A program made the translations under genes and the position numbers. 64,000 bases of DNA from Deinococcales bacterium (GTDB lineage Bacteria; Deinococcota; Deinococci; Deinococcales; JAAFIG01): contig JANNVX010000018.1 of the NCBI GenBank assembly GCA_031414595.1, positions 32,001 to 96,000 on the forward strand, in the 5' to 3' direction. The notes under the pieces were generated by a model. The model saw only the letters and a list, made by a program, of their open reading frames with translations, searched no databases and had not been told where the DNA came from. Positions 51,008 through 60,588 of the stretch are shown in pieces (the stretch's first letter is position 1; each line of letters starts with the position of its first letter).

Positions 51008-51245
51008 AACCCTCACCCAACTCGCTTAGGCTCGTTACCCTCATCCCGCTAAACAGCGCGGGAGAGGGTTGTTCGGTTTGTTTTGCCGCTTTATATTTGA
51101 GACTTGAAAACCAAAAAATACTGTTTCAAACAAGTTTTTTGAGGCAGACAAAAGTCAAATCCCAAATCCCAAACCCCAAACCCTCCCCAAGCGAAGCGTG
51201 GTTTGGGGGAGGGTGGCGAGCTTCAAGCGAGTCGGGAGAGGGGCT
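51008..51245. repeat. Inverted pair of CCCTC-rich REP-like elements with a CCCAAAT heptamer run
   Basis: 51008-51070 resembles the reverse complement of 51178-51245 (CCCTC.CCC.ACTCGCTT..GCTCG..ACCCTC...GAGGGTT). Confidence 0.65.
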
Positions 51246-51396
51246 GACTGACTGTGGTTCTATGCGTGCTGAAAGGTTTTTGTTCTCAAATTTATACCTG
51301 TGGGAGGGGCTTGTTCCTTCCTTTTGAAGGCTTTAGTCTGTAATCTATTGCTGTTTTCATGTAGAATTTTTGCGTTCTGACCAGTAGAATCTAGCT

Positions 51397-54339
51397 GTGG
51401 TTGGGTCTAAGGTGCTTCATTATCAAATCATTCGTGAAATTGGCACGGGTGGGATGGGCATTGTTTATGAAGCCTTTGACACATGGCTAGAACGTCCTGT
51501 TGCCCTTAAATTCCTGCACGAATCGCAGCGCCTAAGTTTGGCTGCCTTACGCGCCTTTGCCAGAGAAGCCAAAATTGCAGCCCAGCTTGACCATTCACAT
51601 ATTGGCACGATTTTTGCCTTAGAGCGCAGTGAAGAAGCGGTGTTTCTGGCAATGGCGTATTACCAAGGGGAATCGCTGACTGAGCGCTTAAAACGCGGGG
51701 CATTGCCGCTTGAAGAAGCCAAGCGTATTGCTTTAGAAATCGCCAAAGGGCTTGAACACGCCCATTTGCATGGTGTGGTTCACCGCGACATTAAACCAAG
51801 CAATGTTTTTTTGGCGAGCCAACCAGACGGCTCGAGCAGCACGAAAATCCTTGACTTTGGCTTGTCCAAACTTGGGAGTCGTTCACCTGCCAAAAGTCAA
51901 GCTGTGGTTGGAACACCCGCCTATATGTCGCCAGAACAACTGGACGGCAAAGCCTCGAGTAAAACCGACCTTTGGGCTTGGGGAACTGTGGTTTATGAAA
52001 TGCTGTCTGGGGTTTCGCCGTTTGAGCGTGAAAGCATGACTGGTATTTTCCAAGCTATTTTGTTGCAAGAGCCAATACCACTCGAGACTCGAGTCCCAGA
52101 TGCGCCCGAGGTACTGCTTTCCTTGGTGCGTCAGTGCTTACGCAAAAACCCAGAAGAGCGCCCACTCGATGCCAGTGAGTTAATCCGTGCCTTACAACCT
52201 ATCCGTGTGCTTTTGGCTCGAGTCAATCAGGATCATTTGCCAATGCCGACCACGGTTTTTATTGGACGAGAACACGAACTACTTGAACTTGAACAACAAT
52301 TTGTGGGGACTCGGCTTTTAACCATTGCTGCGCCCGGTGGCATGGGTAAAACCCGTTTAGCGCTTGAGTATGCCCGCTTGCACCGCGCAGAATTTGCCGA
52401 CGGGGTACATTTTATTGACTTAGCCCGACTTCAGGATGCGACCTTAATTCCAAATGCAATCCTTGAAGGTTTGGGCTTAAACACCGACGAGAACCCCAAG
52501 GAACGGCTTTTAAGCGAATTGTCTGAAAAAAACGCCTTATTATTGCTTGATAATTTTGAACACTTAACCCACGGTTCTAGCTTGGTGGGCGAATTACTGC
52601 AAAAAACCACTGGCTTAAAAGTGATTGTCACTTCAAGGGAAACGCTTGGATTTAGAAATGAAAAAGTCTATGCGCTCCAAGGTCTGCGCCTTCCTAGTCA
52701 CACCGATTTTGTGGGTAACGATGCGGTGATGCTTTTTACCCGAGTTGCCCAGCGTTTTGATGCCCATTTTAACCTTGACCCAAATAAGGATTTAGTCGTT
52801 TTTCAACGTATCCTAAGCGCAGTCTATGCCATGCCGCTTGGTTTAGAACTGGCTTCGAGTTGGTTGCGCTTGCTGTCTTTAGAAGAAATTGCCGACGAAC
52901 TCGAGCGCAACCTCGATTTTTTGGCAACCGAATCGCCAGATATTCCCGAGCGTCACCGCAGTATGGCGGCTGTTTTTACCTCAAGTTGGGAATTATTAAG
53001 CAGCCAGGAACAACAAAAATTAGCCCAACTGACGGTTTTTCGTGGCGGTTTTGACCGAGAACTGGCCGATGTGGTTTGCGGTATTGACATGCTGAGTTTG
53101 CAACGCTTGGTCAGTAAATCCTTACTCTATAAAGTCGAGCAGCAATACCGTTTTCATGAAATGATTCGCCAGCAAGCCACTTTGTATTTGCCCGAACCCG
53201 AGCGCCAGCGTTTACTCGAGAATTTGGTGGATGAATGCCTGAGCATTGTCAAAGATTGGTATGAAAAACGCCAAAATGGAAAAAACAACACCGCTATTTT
53301 TGCCAAATTGTTAAAACTGACCGATCAAATCCGCCTTGCCCTCGAGTGGTGTTTGGCGTATCACCCCAAGAAATTACTCGAGTTCTTTTTAATTCTTGGG
53401 CAATACTGGTCTATTATTAGCAATTTTCAAGAAGCCCTGCATTGGCGTGAGCAAGTTCGTCAAACCAACGACTTAAGCCCAGAAGAAGATGTTGCCCTCG
53501 AGACGCTGCATTTGCGTTGGTTATTTATGACTGGGCATTATAAAAAAGCCCTGCGTTTGGCTGCACTTTACTTACCTAAAGCCGAACAACTGCCAGACCG
53601 AACTTACGAAGCCCAACTGAACCTCTTGGTTAGTCAAACCCACTTAAACACCAACCAGTTTGAAATTGCCAAGGTTCACGCCAGAAAAGCCGTCTTTTTA
53701 TATCAAAAAATCGGTGTGTACTTTGGTTTTATGGCAGCCATCAACATGATTGGGGTGCTGCACAACTGCATGAACAACCTTAAAAAAGCCCGCTCGAGCC
53801 TAAAATTTGTGATTCGATTAACTGGTGCTAGTCAAGACGAACGCAGCTTATCTGTTTCGACCCTAAATCTTGCTACGGTGGATTTGGTCGAGACAAACAC
53901 GGTTCATGATATTGCCGCTTTCACCCATTCGCTCGAGTACCTGCACCGAATCAATGATTTGGTCAACACTGCCGAATGTTACGCGATTCTTGGTTATTAT
54001 CACATCACCCAAGCCGATTATGCTGCCGCCAGAAATGCTTTTGGCGAAGCCTTACTCATCTCGAGTGGCTACCAAAATCAAATTGAATGCAGCGTGCAAA
54101 TTTTATTTCTTGGTTTTGTGGCAGCCCTACAAGGCAAAACCAAACGAAGCAGCGAACTGCTGCACTTATCGCACTGTATCAACCAAAGTTTTGCCAGTGG
54201 CTATTATGCCTTTGAAACCTTTGCCAAGCGAATTGCCGAAAACCCTGAAATTGCTGCGCTTTGGGCAGATGCCCAGCAAAAATCTAAACCCAGTCATTTT
54301 TCGTTTGAAAATGCAATCAAATTTGCTTTGCAACCCTAG
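51397..54339 (+). CDS. Ser/Thr kinase - STAND NTPase - TPR protein, paralog 2
   Basis: Same architecture as paralog 1 and colinear with it; GTG lies 6 nt after TAGAAT. Confidence 0.9.
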   Translation: MVGSKVLHYQIIREIGTGGMGIVYEAFDTWLERPVALKFLHESQRLSLAALRAFAREAKIAAQLDHSHIGTIFALERSEEAVFLAMAYYQGESLTERLKRGALPLEEAKRIALEIAKGLEHAHLHGVVHRDIKPSNVFLASQPDGSSSTKILDFGLSKLGSRSPAKSQAVVGTPAYMSPEQLDGKASSKTDLWAWGTVVYEMLSGVSPFERESMTGIFQAILLQEPIPLETRVPDAPEVLLSLVRQCLRKNPEERPLDASELIRALQPIRVLLARVNQDHLPMPTTVFIGREHELLELEQQFVGTRLLTIAAPGGMGKTRLALEYARLHRAEFADGVHFIDLARLQDATLIPNAILEGLGLNTDENPKERLLSELSEKNALLLLDNFEHLTHGSSLVGELLQKTTGLKVIVTSRETLGFRNEKVYALQGLRLPSHTDFVGNDAVMLFTRVAQRFDAHFNLDPNKDLVVFQRILSAVYAMPLGLELASSWLRLLSLEEIADELERNLDFLATESPDIPERHRSMAAVFTSSWELLSSQEQQKLAQLTVFRGGFDRELADVVCGIDMLSLQRLVSKSLLYKVEQQYRFHEMIRQQATLYLPEPERQRLLENLVDECLSIVKDWYEKRQNGKNNTAIFAKLLKLTDQIRLALEWCLAYHPKKLLEFFLILGQYWSIISNFQEALHWREQVRQTNDLSPEEDVALETLHLRWLFMTGHYKKALRLAALYLPKAEQLPDRTYEAQLNLLVSQTHLNTNQFEIAKVHARKAVFLYQKIGVYFGFMAAINMIGVLHNCMNNLKKARSSLKFVIRLTGASQDERSLSVSTLNLATVDLVETNTVHDIAAFTHSLEYLHRINDLVNTAECYAILGYYHITQADYAAARNAFGEALLISSGYQNQIECSVQILFLGFVAALQGKTKRSSELLHLSHCINQSFASGYYAFETFAKRIAENPEIAALWADAQQKSKPSHFSFENAIKFALQP

Positions 54340-54398
54340 GAGCGACTAGCTTATTGGTGTTCACGTATTTCTCGAGAAACACGTGCCATGTAATTTTC

Positions 54399-55574
54399 TT
54401 AAAGTCGGCGCAGCATCATCGCTAAACCATTTGCCCCACCCATGCACAGACTGGCTAAACCAATTTCTTTTTGTTGCTGTTCTAAGGCATGAAGCAGCGT
54501 TACCAGTATTCTTGCGCCACTGCATCCAATTGGATGCCCCAAGGCGACAGCCCCACCGTTGATATTAACTTTACTCGGGTCAATACCGAGTTCTCGAGTC
54601 ACGGCGAGGGCTTGGACGGCAAAGGCTTCGTTCAATTCAAATAAATCAATGTCAGCTAAACTCATTTTTTGTTGCTCGAGTAATTTTCTTGTGGCTGGCA
54701 CGGGTGAGAGTGTAAACCACTTTGGCTCGAGTCCAGAAGTAGCATACCCGACAATCTCTGCCAGAGGTTTTAGCCCGTGGGCTTTGGCGGCATCTTCGGA
54801 CATAATCAGTAGCGCGGCTGCCCCATCGTTGATACCGGGTGCATTACCCGCCGTGACTGAACCATCTTTTTGAAAGGCTGGACGGAGTTTACTTAAACTT
54901 TCTAAGCTCGAGTCAGACCGAGGGGCTTCGTCGGTGTCCAAAACCACTGCGTCTTTTTTGGTCTCGAGAGTTAGTGATGCGATTTCGGACTTAAAACGCC
55001 CCGCTTGGATTGCCGCGACTGCCTTTTGATGCGAATAAAGTGCAAATTCGTCTTGCTCGAGTCTCGAGAACCCCATTTCTCTGGCGGTTAGTTCGGCAGC
55101 GTCGCCCATGCGCCAATGCTCGAAAGCGCACCATAAACCATCGAGCATATTGGCATCTTTGAGTTCTTGATGCCCAGCCTTGAAGCCTTCCCTTGCGCCA
55201 AACATCAGGTAGGGTGCGTTGCTCATGCTTTCCATGCCGCCAGCCACGGCAATGCTAAAATCCCCAGCCCGAATTCCAGAAGCTGCCATCATCACGGTTT
55301 TCATCCCCGAGCCACAAACCACATTGACCGTGGTTGCGCCACTTGAGGGCAACATTCCCGCGTTTAATGCCGCTTGACGGGCTGGGTTCTGCCCTACGCC
55401 AGCTTGTACCACGTTTCCCATGATGGCTTCTTCGACCAAGCTAGGCTCGAGTCCCGCCTTGGCTATTGCAGCCCGAATTACATGTGAACCGAGTTGTGGG
55501 GCGGTTAGCCCTCCTAAGCCTCCCAAAAAACGTCCAATTGGAGTCCGCAGCGCCGAAACAATTACAGATTTCAT
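54399..55574 (-). CDS. Acetyl-CoA C-acyltransferase (thiolase)
   Basis: [26 protein letters not shown] and LCMGG motifs; start at MKSVIVS (TAGAAT 7 nt upstream). Confidence 0.93.
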   Translation of the reverse strand: MKSVIVSALRTPIGRFLGGLGGLTAPQLGSHVIRAAIAKAGLEPSLVEEAIMGNVVQAGVGQNPARQAALNAGMLPSSGATTVNVVCGSGMKTVMMAASGIRAGDFSIAVAGGMESMSNAPYLMFGAREGFKAGHQELKDANMLDGLWCAFEHWRMGDAAELTAREMGFSRLEQDEFALYSHQKAVAAIQAGRFKSEIASLTLETKKDAVVLDTDEAPRSDSSLESLSKLRPAFQKDGSVTAGNAPGINDGAAALLIMSEDAAKAHGLKPLAEIVGYATSGLEPKWFTLSPVPATRKLLEQQKMSLADIDLFELNEAFAVQALAVTRELGIDPSKVNINGGAVALGHPIGCSGARILVTLLHALEQQQKEIGLASLCMGGANGLAMMLRRL

Positions 55575-55626
55575 AGTCATTATTCTACATGGAAACCCTT
55601 TGGTCTCGAGCCTCGTATTGCTAACT

Positions 55627-56106
55627 ATGGACTGGATTCCCAATGCACTCTTTGTTTTAATTTGGCTTGGCGCTCTGGTGGCGACTTTTATTCCAGTTAT
55701 TCCAGCCACATTACTGATTTGGGGAGCGGCACTGCTTCATGCACTTTTGACTGGTTTTCAACCCTTAACTTGGGGCTATTTACTGGCGCTAGGCGTTCTG
55801 GCAGCCGCCGCCATGCTGGTAGATAACGTGGCAGCCGCTTGGGGGGCAAAAAAATTTGGTGGCTCGAGTTATGCGGCTTGGGGTGCTTTAGTCGGCGGCT
55901 TACTGGGGATTTTTCTAGGTCCAATTGGCTTTTTAATTGCGCCGTTTATTGGTGCGGTGCTTGCCGAAGTTCTGTTTGCCAAAAAAACGTGGCTCGAGGC
56001 TGGCAAAAGTGGTTTTGGCACATTGCTGGGTATTCTTGGTGGGGTTGGTATGAAACTGCTGATTCATGTCGGAATGGGTGTTTTGGTTTTGATACAAATT
56101 TTTTAA
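55627..56106 (+). CDS. DUF456-family membrane protein
   Basis: [10 protein letters not shown]...GAKKFGGS...GALVGGLLG...PFIGAVLAE pattern. Confidence 0.85.
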   Translation: MDWIPNALFVLIWLGALVATFIPVIPATLLIWGAALLHALLTGFQPLTWGYLLALGVLAAAAMLVDNVAAAWGAKKFGGSSYAAWGALVGGLLGIFLGPIGFLIAPFIGAVLAEVLFAKKTWLEAGKSGFGTLLGILGGVGMKLLIHVGMGVLVLIQIF

Positions 56107-56175
56107 CCTATGCCTAAGTTTGACAATCTGAATGCCTATCGCCATGTAGAGTGGTGATAATGGCTTTAGGTCTAA

Positions 56176-56415
56176 ACAAACAAACCTAGTAACCTCGGTA
56201 TTGGCGCACAAGCCATTTGGCAATGGCAACCCGATGTCTCGAGTCGCCTCACCCTCGGACTCGAGAGTACACTGCTGTTTGGTAACGGCATCGGGATTAC
56301 TGGCGGATTCAACTTTATTGGCTTTGACTCGAGCCTTGGTAATTTTAGTGTCAAACCCGGATTTTATATTCGGCTCGAGTTTTTGTTTAGCGAACAGACT
56401 TTTGGATTGCGGTAG
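56176..56415 (+). pseudogene. Start-less fragment resembling the C-terminus of a large outer-membrane beta-barrel protein
   Basis: Frame not in the ORF track: NLGIGAQAIWQWQP...GITGGFNFIGFDSSLGNFSVKPGFYIRLEFLFSEQTFGLR*; bounded upstream by TAA at 56173 with no ATG/GTG start. Confidence 0.5.
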
Positions 56416-56486
56416 GGGTAAACTCAATCCGATTTGTAACGTCCTACAGGCGACCATGCCCGACAGGTGCGCGTTTATGGTCAAGA

Positions 56487-56510
56487 GGGCGAGGCATGCC
56501 TCGCCCCTAC
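56487..56510. repeat. GTAG-type REP palindrome
   Basis: Perfect palindrome GGGCGAGGCATGCCTCGCCC followed by CTAC; a GTAGGGG lies at 56412. Confidence 0.65.
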
Positions 56511-56519
56511 GGTTTTTTG

Positions 56520-58937
56520 TTAATATTTCGTCCCACCTTCTAAACTTTCACCATACGGAATCCAAATGTTTTTGACTTGGGTGGCTTCACGCAGGGCTAT
56601 TTTTGGCTCGAGATTGCCGACATCTAAGCCCTCGAGATTCCATGTGCGTTTTAGGTTGCCAGCACTGGCTTTTTCAAAGGTTTCGCCATGAGCCGCAAAC
56701 CAAAGGGCATCCACATCCAAATGTTCGGCTAGGGTCTTACCAAGGCTGCTCGGGTCGCCCGTGACGATATTGACCACACCGCTCGGAATATCTGAAGTCT
56801 CGAGAAGACTGTAAAAATCGGTAGCCACCAAAGGATTTTCTTCGCTCGGCACAAGTACCACTGTGTTACCCAAGGCAACCGCAGGGGCTAGAAGGGCAAT
56901 CATGCCCAAGAGTGGCTGTTCGGATGGGCAGATTAAACCAATCACACCAATTGGTTCATTCATTGCCAGCGCCACACCACGCATTGGGATACTATGAACA
57001 GCCCCATCAAATTTGTCCGCCCATGCCGCAAAAGTAAATAAGGTTTCGATGCTTCGTTCAACCTCGAGTTTGGCGGATTTTAGATTGCCAGTCTGGGACG
57101 ATAGGCGGTTTGCAAATTCGGTTTCTCGAGAACTCAGATTCTCGGCTAAGTAATACAAAATCTGCGCCCGATTGTGCGCCGTGGCTTTTGCCCAACCAGA
57201 AGCCGCCTGAGCCGCCTGAGCCGCCTGAGCCGCTTCGACTGCGTTACGGATGTCTTTGCGGTTTCCGTCGCTGACTTCGCCGAGAAGAACCCCAGATGCA
57301 GAATAGACAGGTCTCGAGTACCCAGAATCTGGACGGGTTTGTTTACCACCAATGAATAATTTCGGGGTTCGGTCTATCGGGGGCATGGTTGAATCATTGA
57401 TTTGTGGTGAGACCCCCGTCGCTTTAGGCTCCGTTGCCCCTACGGTTTTTGCCTTCGCCTTTTGCCCTTCGCCTTTTGCCTTTAGGTACTCATACATCCC
57501 TTCGCGTCCGCCTTCGCGTCCAAAACCAGATTCCTTGACCCCTCCAAAACCCGCCGCCGCGTCCATTTGATTGGTGCAATTAACCCAAACAATGCCCGCT
57601 TTGATGCGCGGGGCAACCTCGAGCGCCAAGTTGATGTTCTCTGTCCAGACACTCGAGGCAAGACCGTACACCGTGTTATTGGCAAGCCCAATCGCTTCTT
57701 CGATGGTGCGAAATGGCATCATCACCACCACAGGACCAAAAATCTCGAGTTGGGCTACAATACTGCTGGGCGATACCGCACTAAAGACACTGGGCGGATA
57801 AAAGTAACCATTGGTGGGACATGTCCAACTTGGTTGCCACAAGCTCGAGCCTTCGGACACGCCTTGTTGCACCAGACTGCTGACCCGCTCGAATTGCTCG
57901 AGGCTGCACAATGCACCCATGTCAATGTTTTTTTCTAGTGGATTGCCGATTCTAAGGGTTTCCATTCGCGCCCTCAGCTTAGTCAGCAGGGCATCATGGA
58001 TACTCTCATGCACCAGAATTCTCGAGCCAGCACAGCAGACCTCGCCTTGGTTAAACCAAATCGCATCTACCACGCCTTCGACCACGCTGTCTAAATCGGC
58101 ATCATCAAAAACCACAAATGGTGATTTACCACCCAACTCGAGCGAGAGCTTTTTGCCTGTGCCAGCCGTAGCTTTACGAATTTGCTTACCGACTTCGGTA
58201 CTGCCAGTAAAGGCGATTTTATCCACACCTGCGTGGTTGACCAGTGCTTTACCCGTTTCACCATCTCCCGTAACAATGTTCAGCACACCCGCCGGAAGCC
58301 CAGCCTCGAGCGCAATTTCAGCAAACAACAATGCGGTGAGAGGCGTAAATTCGGCTGGTTTAAGCACCACGGTACAACCCGCCGCTAGTGCAGGAGCAAC
58401 TTTCCAAGCCAGCATCAGCAGTGGAAAATTCCACGGAATAATTTGTCCGACCACACCAGCCGCCTCAAAACCAGCAAATTCTGTCCCCAGCAGTTGCGCC
58501 CAACCTGCATGATGATAAAAATGCCTTCCGACCAGTGGCACATCAATATCTCTGGTCTCACGGATTGGCTTACCATTGTCTAAGGTCTCGAGAACCGCCA
58601 ATAAACGGCTGTGTTTTTGCACTAACCGCGCCAAGGCGTACAAGTACCGCGCTCTGGCATGACCAGACAGGGCTTTCCATGCGGGTAAGGCTTTACGAGC
58701 GGCTTTGACGGCGGCATCCACATCTTCGTTTCCGCCAGAGGAAAACTGCGCCAGTACAGATTTATTAGCGGGGTTAATCGTCTCGAGGGTTGTGCCAGAT
58801 TTGGCTTTGACCCATTTGTTATTGATGAACAGCTTGAATGATTTTTTATGCGACTCGAGCCATGCCAAGGCTTCGGCAGCGGATTCGGGGGCAGCACCAT
58901 ACTCAAGGGTATCAAAAATTTCGGCAACAGTTGGCAT
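56520..58937 (-). CDS. Two-domain aldehyde dehydrogenase (ALDH16-like)
   Basis: IIPWNFP, KPAE, FTGST, LELGGK, NQGEVC and EIFGPV motifs plus a second ALDH-like domain; AAGGAG RBS before MPTVAE. Confidence 0.9.
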   Translation of the reverse strand: MPTVAEIFDTLEYGAAPESAAEALAWLESHKKSFKLFINNKWVKAKSGTTLETINPANKSVLAQFSSGGNEDVDAAVKAARKALPAWKALSGHARARYLYALARLVQKHSRLLAVLETLDNGKPIRETRDIDVPLVGRHFYHHAGWAQLLGTEFAGFEAAGVVGQIIPWNFPLLMLAWKVAPALAAGCTVVLKPAEFTPLTALLFAEIALEAGLPAGVLNIVTGDGETGKALVNHAGVDKIAFTGSTEVGKQIRKATAGTGKKLSLELGGKSPFVVFDDADLDSVVEGVVDAIWFNQGEVCCAGSRILVHESIHDALLTKLRARMETLRIGNPLEKNIDMGALCSLEQFERVSSLVQQGVSEGSSLWQPSWTCPTNGYFYPPSVFSAVSPSSIVAQLEIFGPVVVMMPFRTIEEAIGLANNTVYGLASSVWTENINLALEVAPRIKAGIVWVNCTNQMDAAAGFGGVKESGFGREGGREGMYEYLKAKGEGQKAKAKTVGATEPKATGVSPQINDSTMPPIDRTPKLFIGGKQTRPDSGYSRPVYSASGVLLGEVSDGNRKDIRNAVEAAQAAQAAQAASGWAKATAHNRAQILYYLAENLSSRETEFANRLSSQTGNLKSAKLEVERSIETLFTFAAWADKFDGAVHSIPMRGVALAMNEPIGVIGLICPSEQPLLGMIALLAPAVALGNTVVLVPSEENPLVATDFYSLLETSDIPSGVVNIVTGDPSSLGKTLAEHLDVDALWFAAHGETFEKASAGNLKRTWNLEGLDVGNLEPKIALREATQVKNIWIPYGESLEGGTKY
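57201..57233 (+). repeat. 9-bp tandem repeat (AGCCGCCTG x3.7) inside the ALDH gene
   Basis: Encodes AAQAAQAAQAA in frame. Confidence 0.85.
57404..57443 (+). repeat. GTAG-type REP-like element (copy 2), inside the ALDH inter-domain linker
   Basis: GTGGTGAGACCCCCGTCGCTTTAGGCTCCGTTGCCCCTAC; matches 30415-30456. Confidence 0.7.
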
Positions 58938-59082
58938 AGGGGAATTCTCCTTCATGATTCTTGAACTTGATTACTAGCTCATCTTATTTACACAATTACA
59001 TAACCACTACATAAGAAAAATCCGCTCTAAAAGCAATTTATTAAATCTAAGTCAAAAGAAAATTCTCATCATTACACAAAAC

Positions 59083-60543
59083 CTAAGCCCAAAAAGGCAA
59101 ATAACTCATTTCTTTTTTTGACTTACCTTCAGGATTCGACAACTTTACTAAACCATTCTCGAGCGTTTCCTTAATAATTTTTGAAGCCAGAGGATAATTT
59201 CGCTCTTCTATCTTAAACCTTGCCCGAACAGTTGCATTGGTCATTTTTTGACCACTCACCCATAGTAGGCTGGCATGTTGATAACAAGCCCTGATTTTTT
59301 CATCTCGAGACATACCTGACAAAGAACGCGGTGCAAACAAAACAGTCACTGTATTATCGCCAGAAACACGAAAGTCTGGTGGGGGCAATTGAAATAATTC
59401 AGCCTGAAAAATCACTTTATCAATCCCCGAACCACGTTCCTCACAAAAATACATCCGACGCATTAACCTTGCCAGCGTTTCATTACGTGAACGAGGAGGT
59501 TGATCCAAAAACCGATTTGGTTCAATCAAAGGCGCACCGGGATTGACAAATTCAATTCGATCCTCAAAAACTTCAATCACCACACCAGCCCCAACAATCC
59601 CAAAATCTTGATGAATCAACGAATTGACCAACAACTCACGCAAAGCCAATTCTGGATACAAACCAACTTCTTCACGTAAAACCTGACCGATTTGTTCATT
59701 TGAAGGCAAATGTTCTTGAATAAACCGAACTGCGTCATCAATATCCAAAGCATACCCACGCAATTGAATCTGACGTTCACGAATTGTTTCTACTTTGTTG
59801 CGACCTCGGTAAACAACCACCCGCAATGCTTTGCGTTCTAGCCGCTTAAAAATACTCAAGTCTCGAGCAAAAAGTATTGCCCCACAATTGGTGATCGAAA
59901 AAAAACCATTGCGCTCAATCAAAAACCCTTCTTCAGTCAAGCGATGCAGAATCAAATCACGTTCAGTGGGCAAAGGCAACTGCATTCGCTTAAAAAACTC
60001 AAAGTAATCAAGCAACCCAAGCACAGCATCAGCAGTCAAATCAGACAGCGCAATATCGGTTTCAAAATGTGTAACTTTGAACAACTCCCAAAGTCGGCGC
60101 TCTTTCTCGGGATAAGCACTGAGTTGGGTTAAATTCTCTCCAACCCGAATGTATTCTTCTTTATCTTTATTGAACCGCGTTGGCGAGCCTCGAGCCGCAG
60201 GAACTTCAAGAATTACCACAGATAAGCCCACTACATCAAACTCGAGAAAACGAAAATCCAAACGCGGAGTTAAACTAACCTGCAACCACAACTCCAAAGC
60301 CTGATTGCCAACTCGAGCAGTTCGGGGTTGAAAAGAAGTCCCAACAATTTGGCGCGAACCATCCTCAACACCCCAAACAATATATGCAAAAGGTTGAATG
60401 TGCAAAGCTGCCGAGTTAGACAAGCCAGAGATATACTTTGCAATTCGTTCGGGATCATCGTTATTATGCTTAAACTCGAGCCATTCCGTTTCAGACGGGA
60501 ATGACAACAAGTAATCTAACAATTGCCCAGAAGAATCGTTCAT
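59083..60543 (-). CDS. AlbA_2 (Schlafen-like) domain + HATPase_c_4/RecG_C-type protein
   Basis: ETEWLEFK...ISGLSN...IVWGVED at the N-terminus; RELLVNSLIHQDF, DRIEFVNPG, SRNE and EERGSGI motifs. Confidence 0.85.
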   Translation of the reverse strand: MNDSSGQLLDYLLSFPSETEWLEFKHNNDDPERIAKYISGLSNSAALHIQPFAYIVWGVEDGSRQIVGTSFQPRTARVGNQALELWLQVSLTPRLDFRFLEFDVVGLSVVILEVPAARGSPTRFNKDKEEYIRVGENLTQLSAYPEKERRLWELFKVTHFETDIALSDLTADAVLGLLDYFEFFKRMQLPLPTERDLILHRLTEEGFLIERNGFFSITNCGAILFARDLSIFKRLERKALRVVVYRGRNKVETIRERQIQLRGYALDIDDAVRFIQEHLPSNEQIGQVLREEVGLYPELALRELLVNSLIHQDFGIVGAGVVIEVFEDRIEFVNPGAPLIEPNRFLDQPPRSRNETLARLMRRMYFCEERGSGIDKVIFQAELFQLPPPDFRVSGDNTVTVLFAPRSLSGMSRDEKIRACYQHASLLWVSGQKMTNATVRARFKIEERNYPLASKIIKETLENGLVKLSNPEGKSKKEMSYLPFWA

Positions 60544-60588
60544 ATCAACTCGAGGGTATCAAAAATTTCAGACAACTTTGGCATAGGC

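Noticed and set aside
55933-56575. ORFs 55933-56484 (-) and 56201-56575 (+)
   Set aside because: They overlap real genes and repeats and have no recognisable motifs; a different + frame is the protein-like one.
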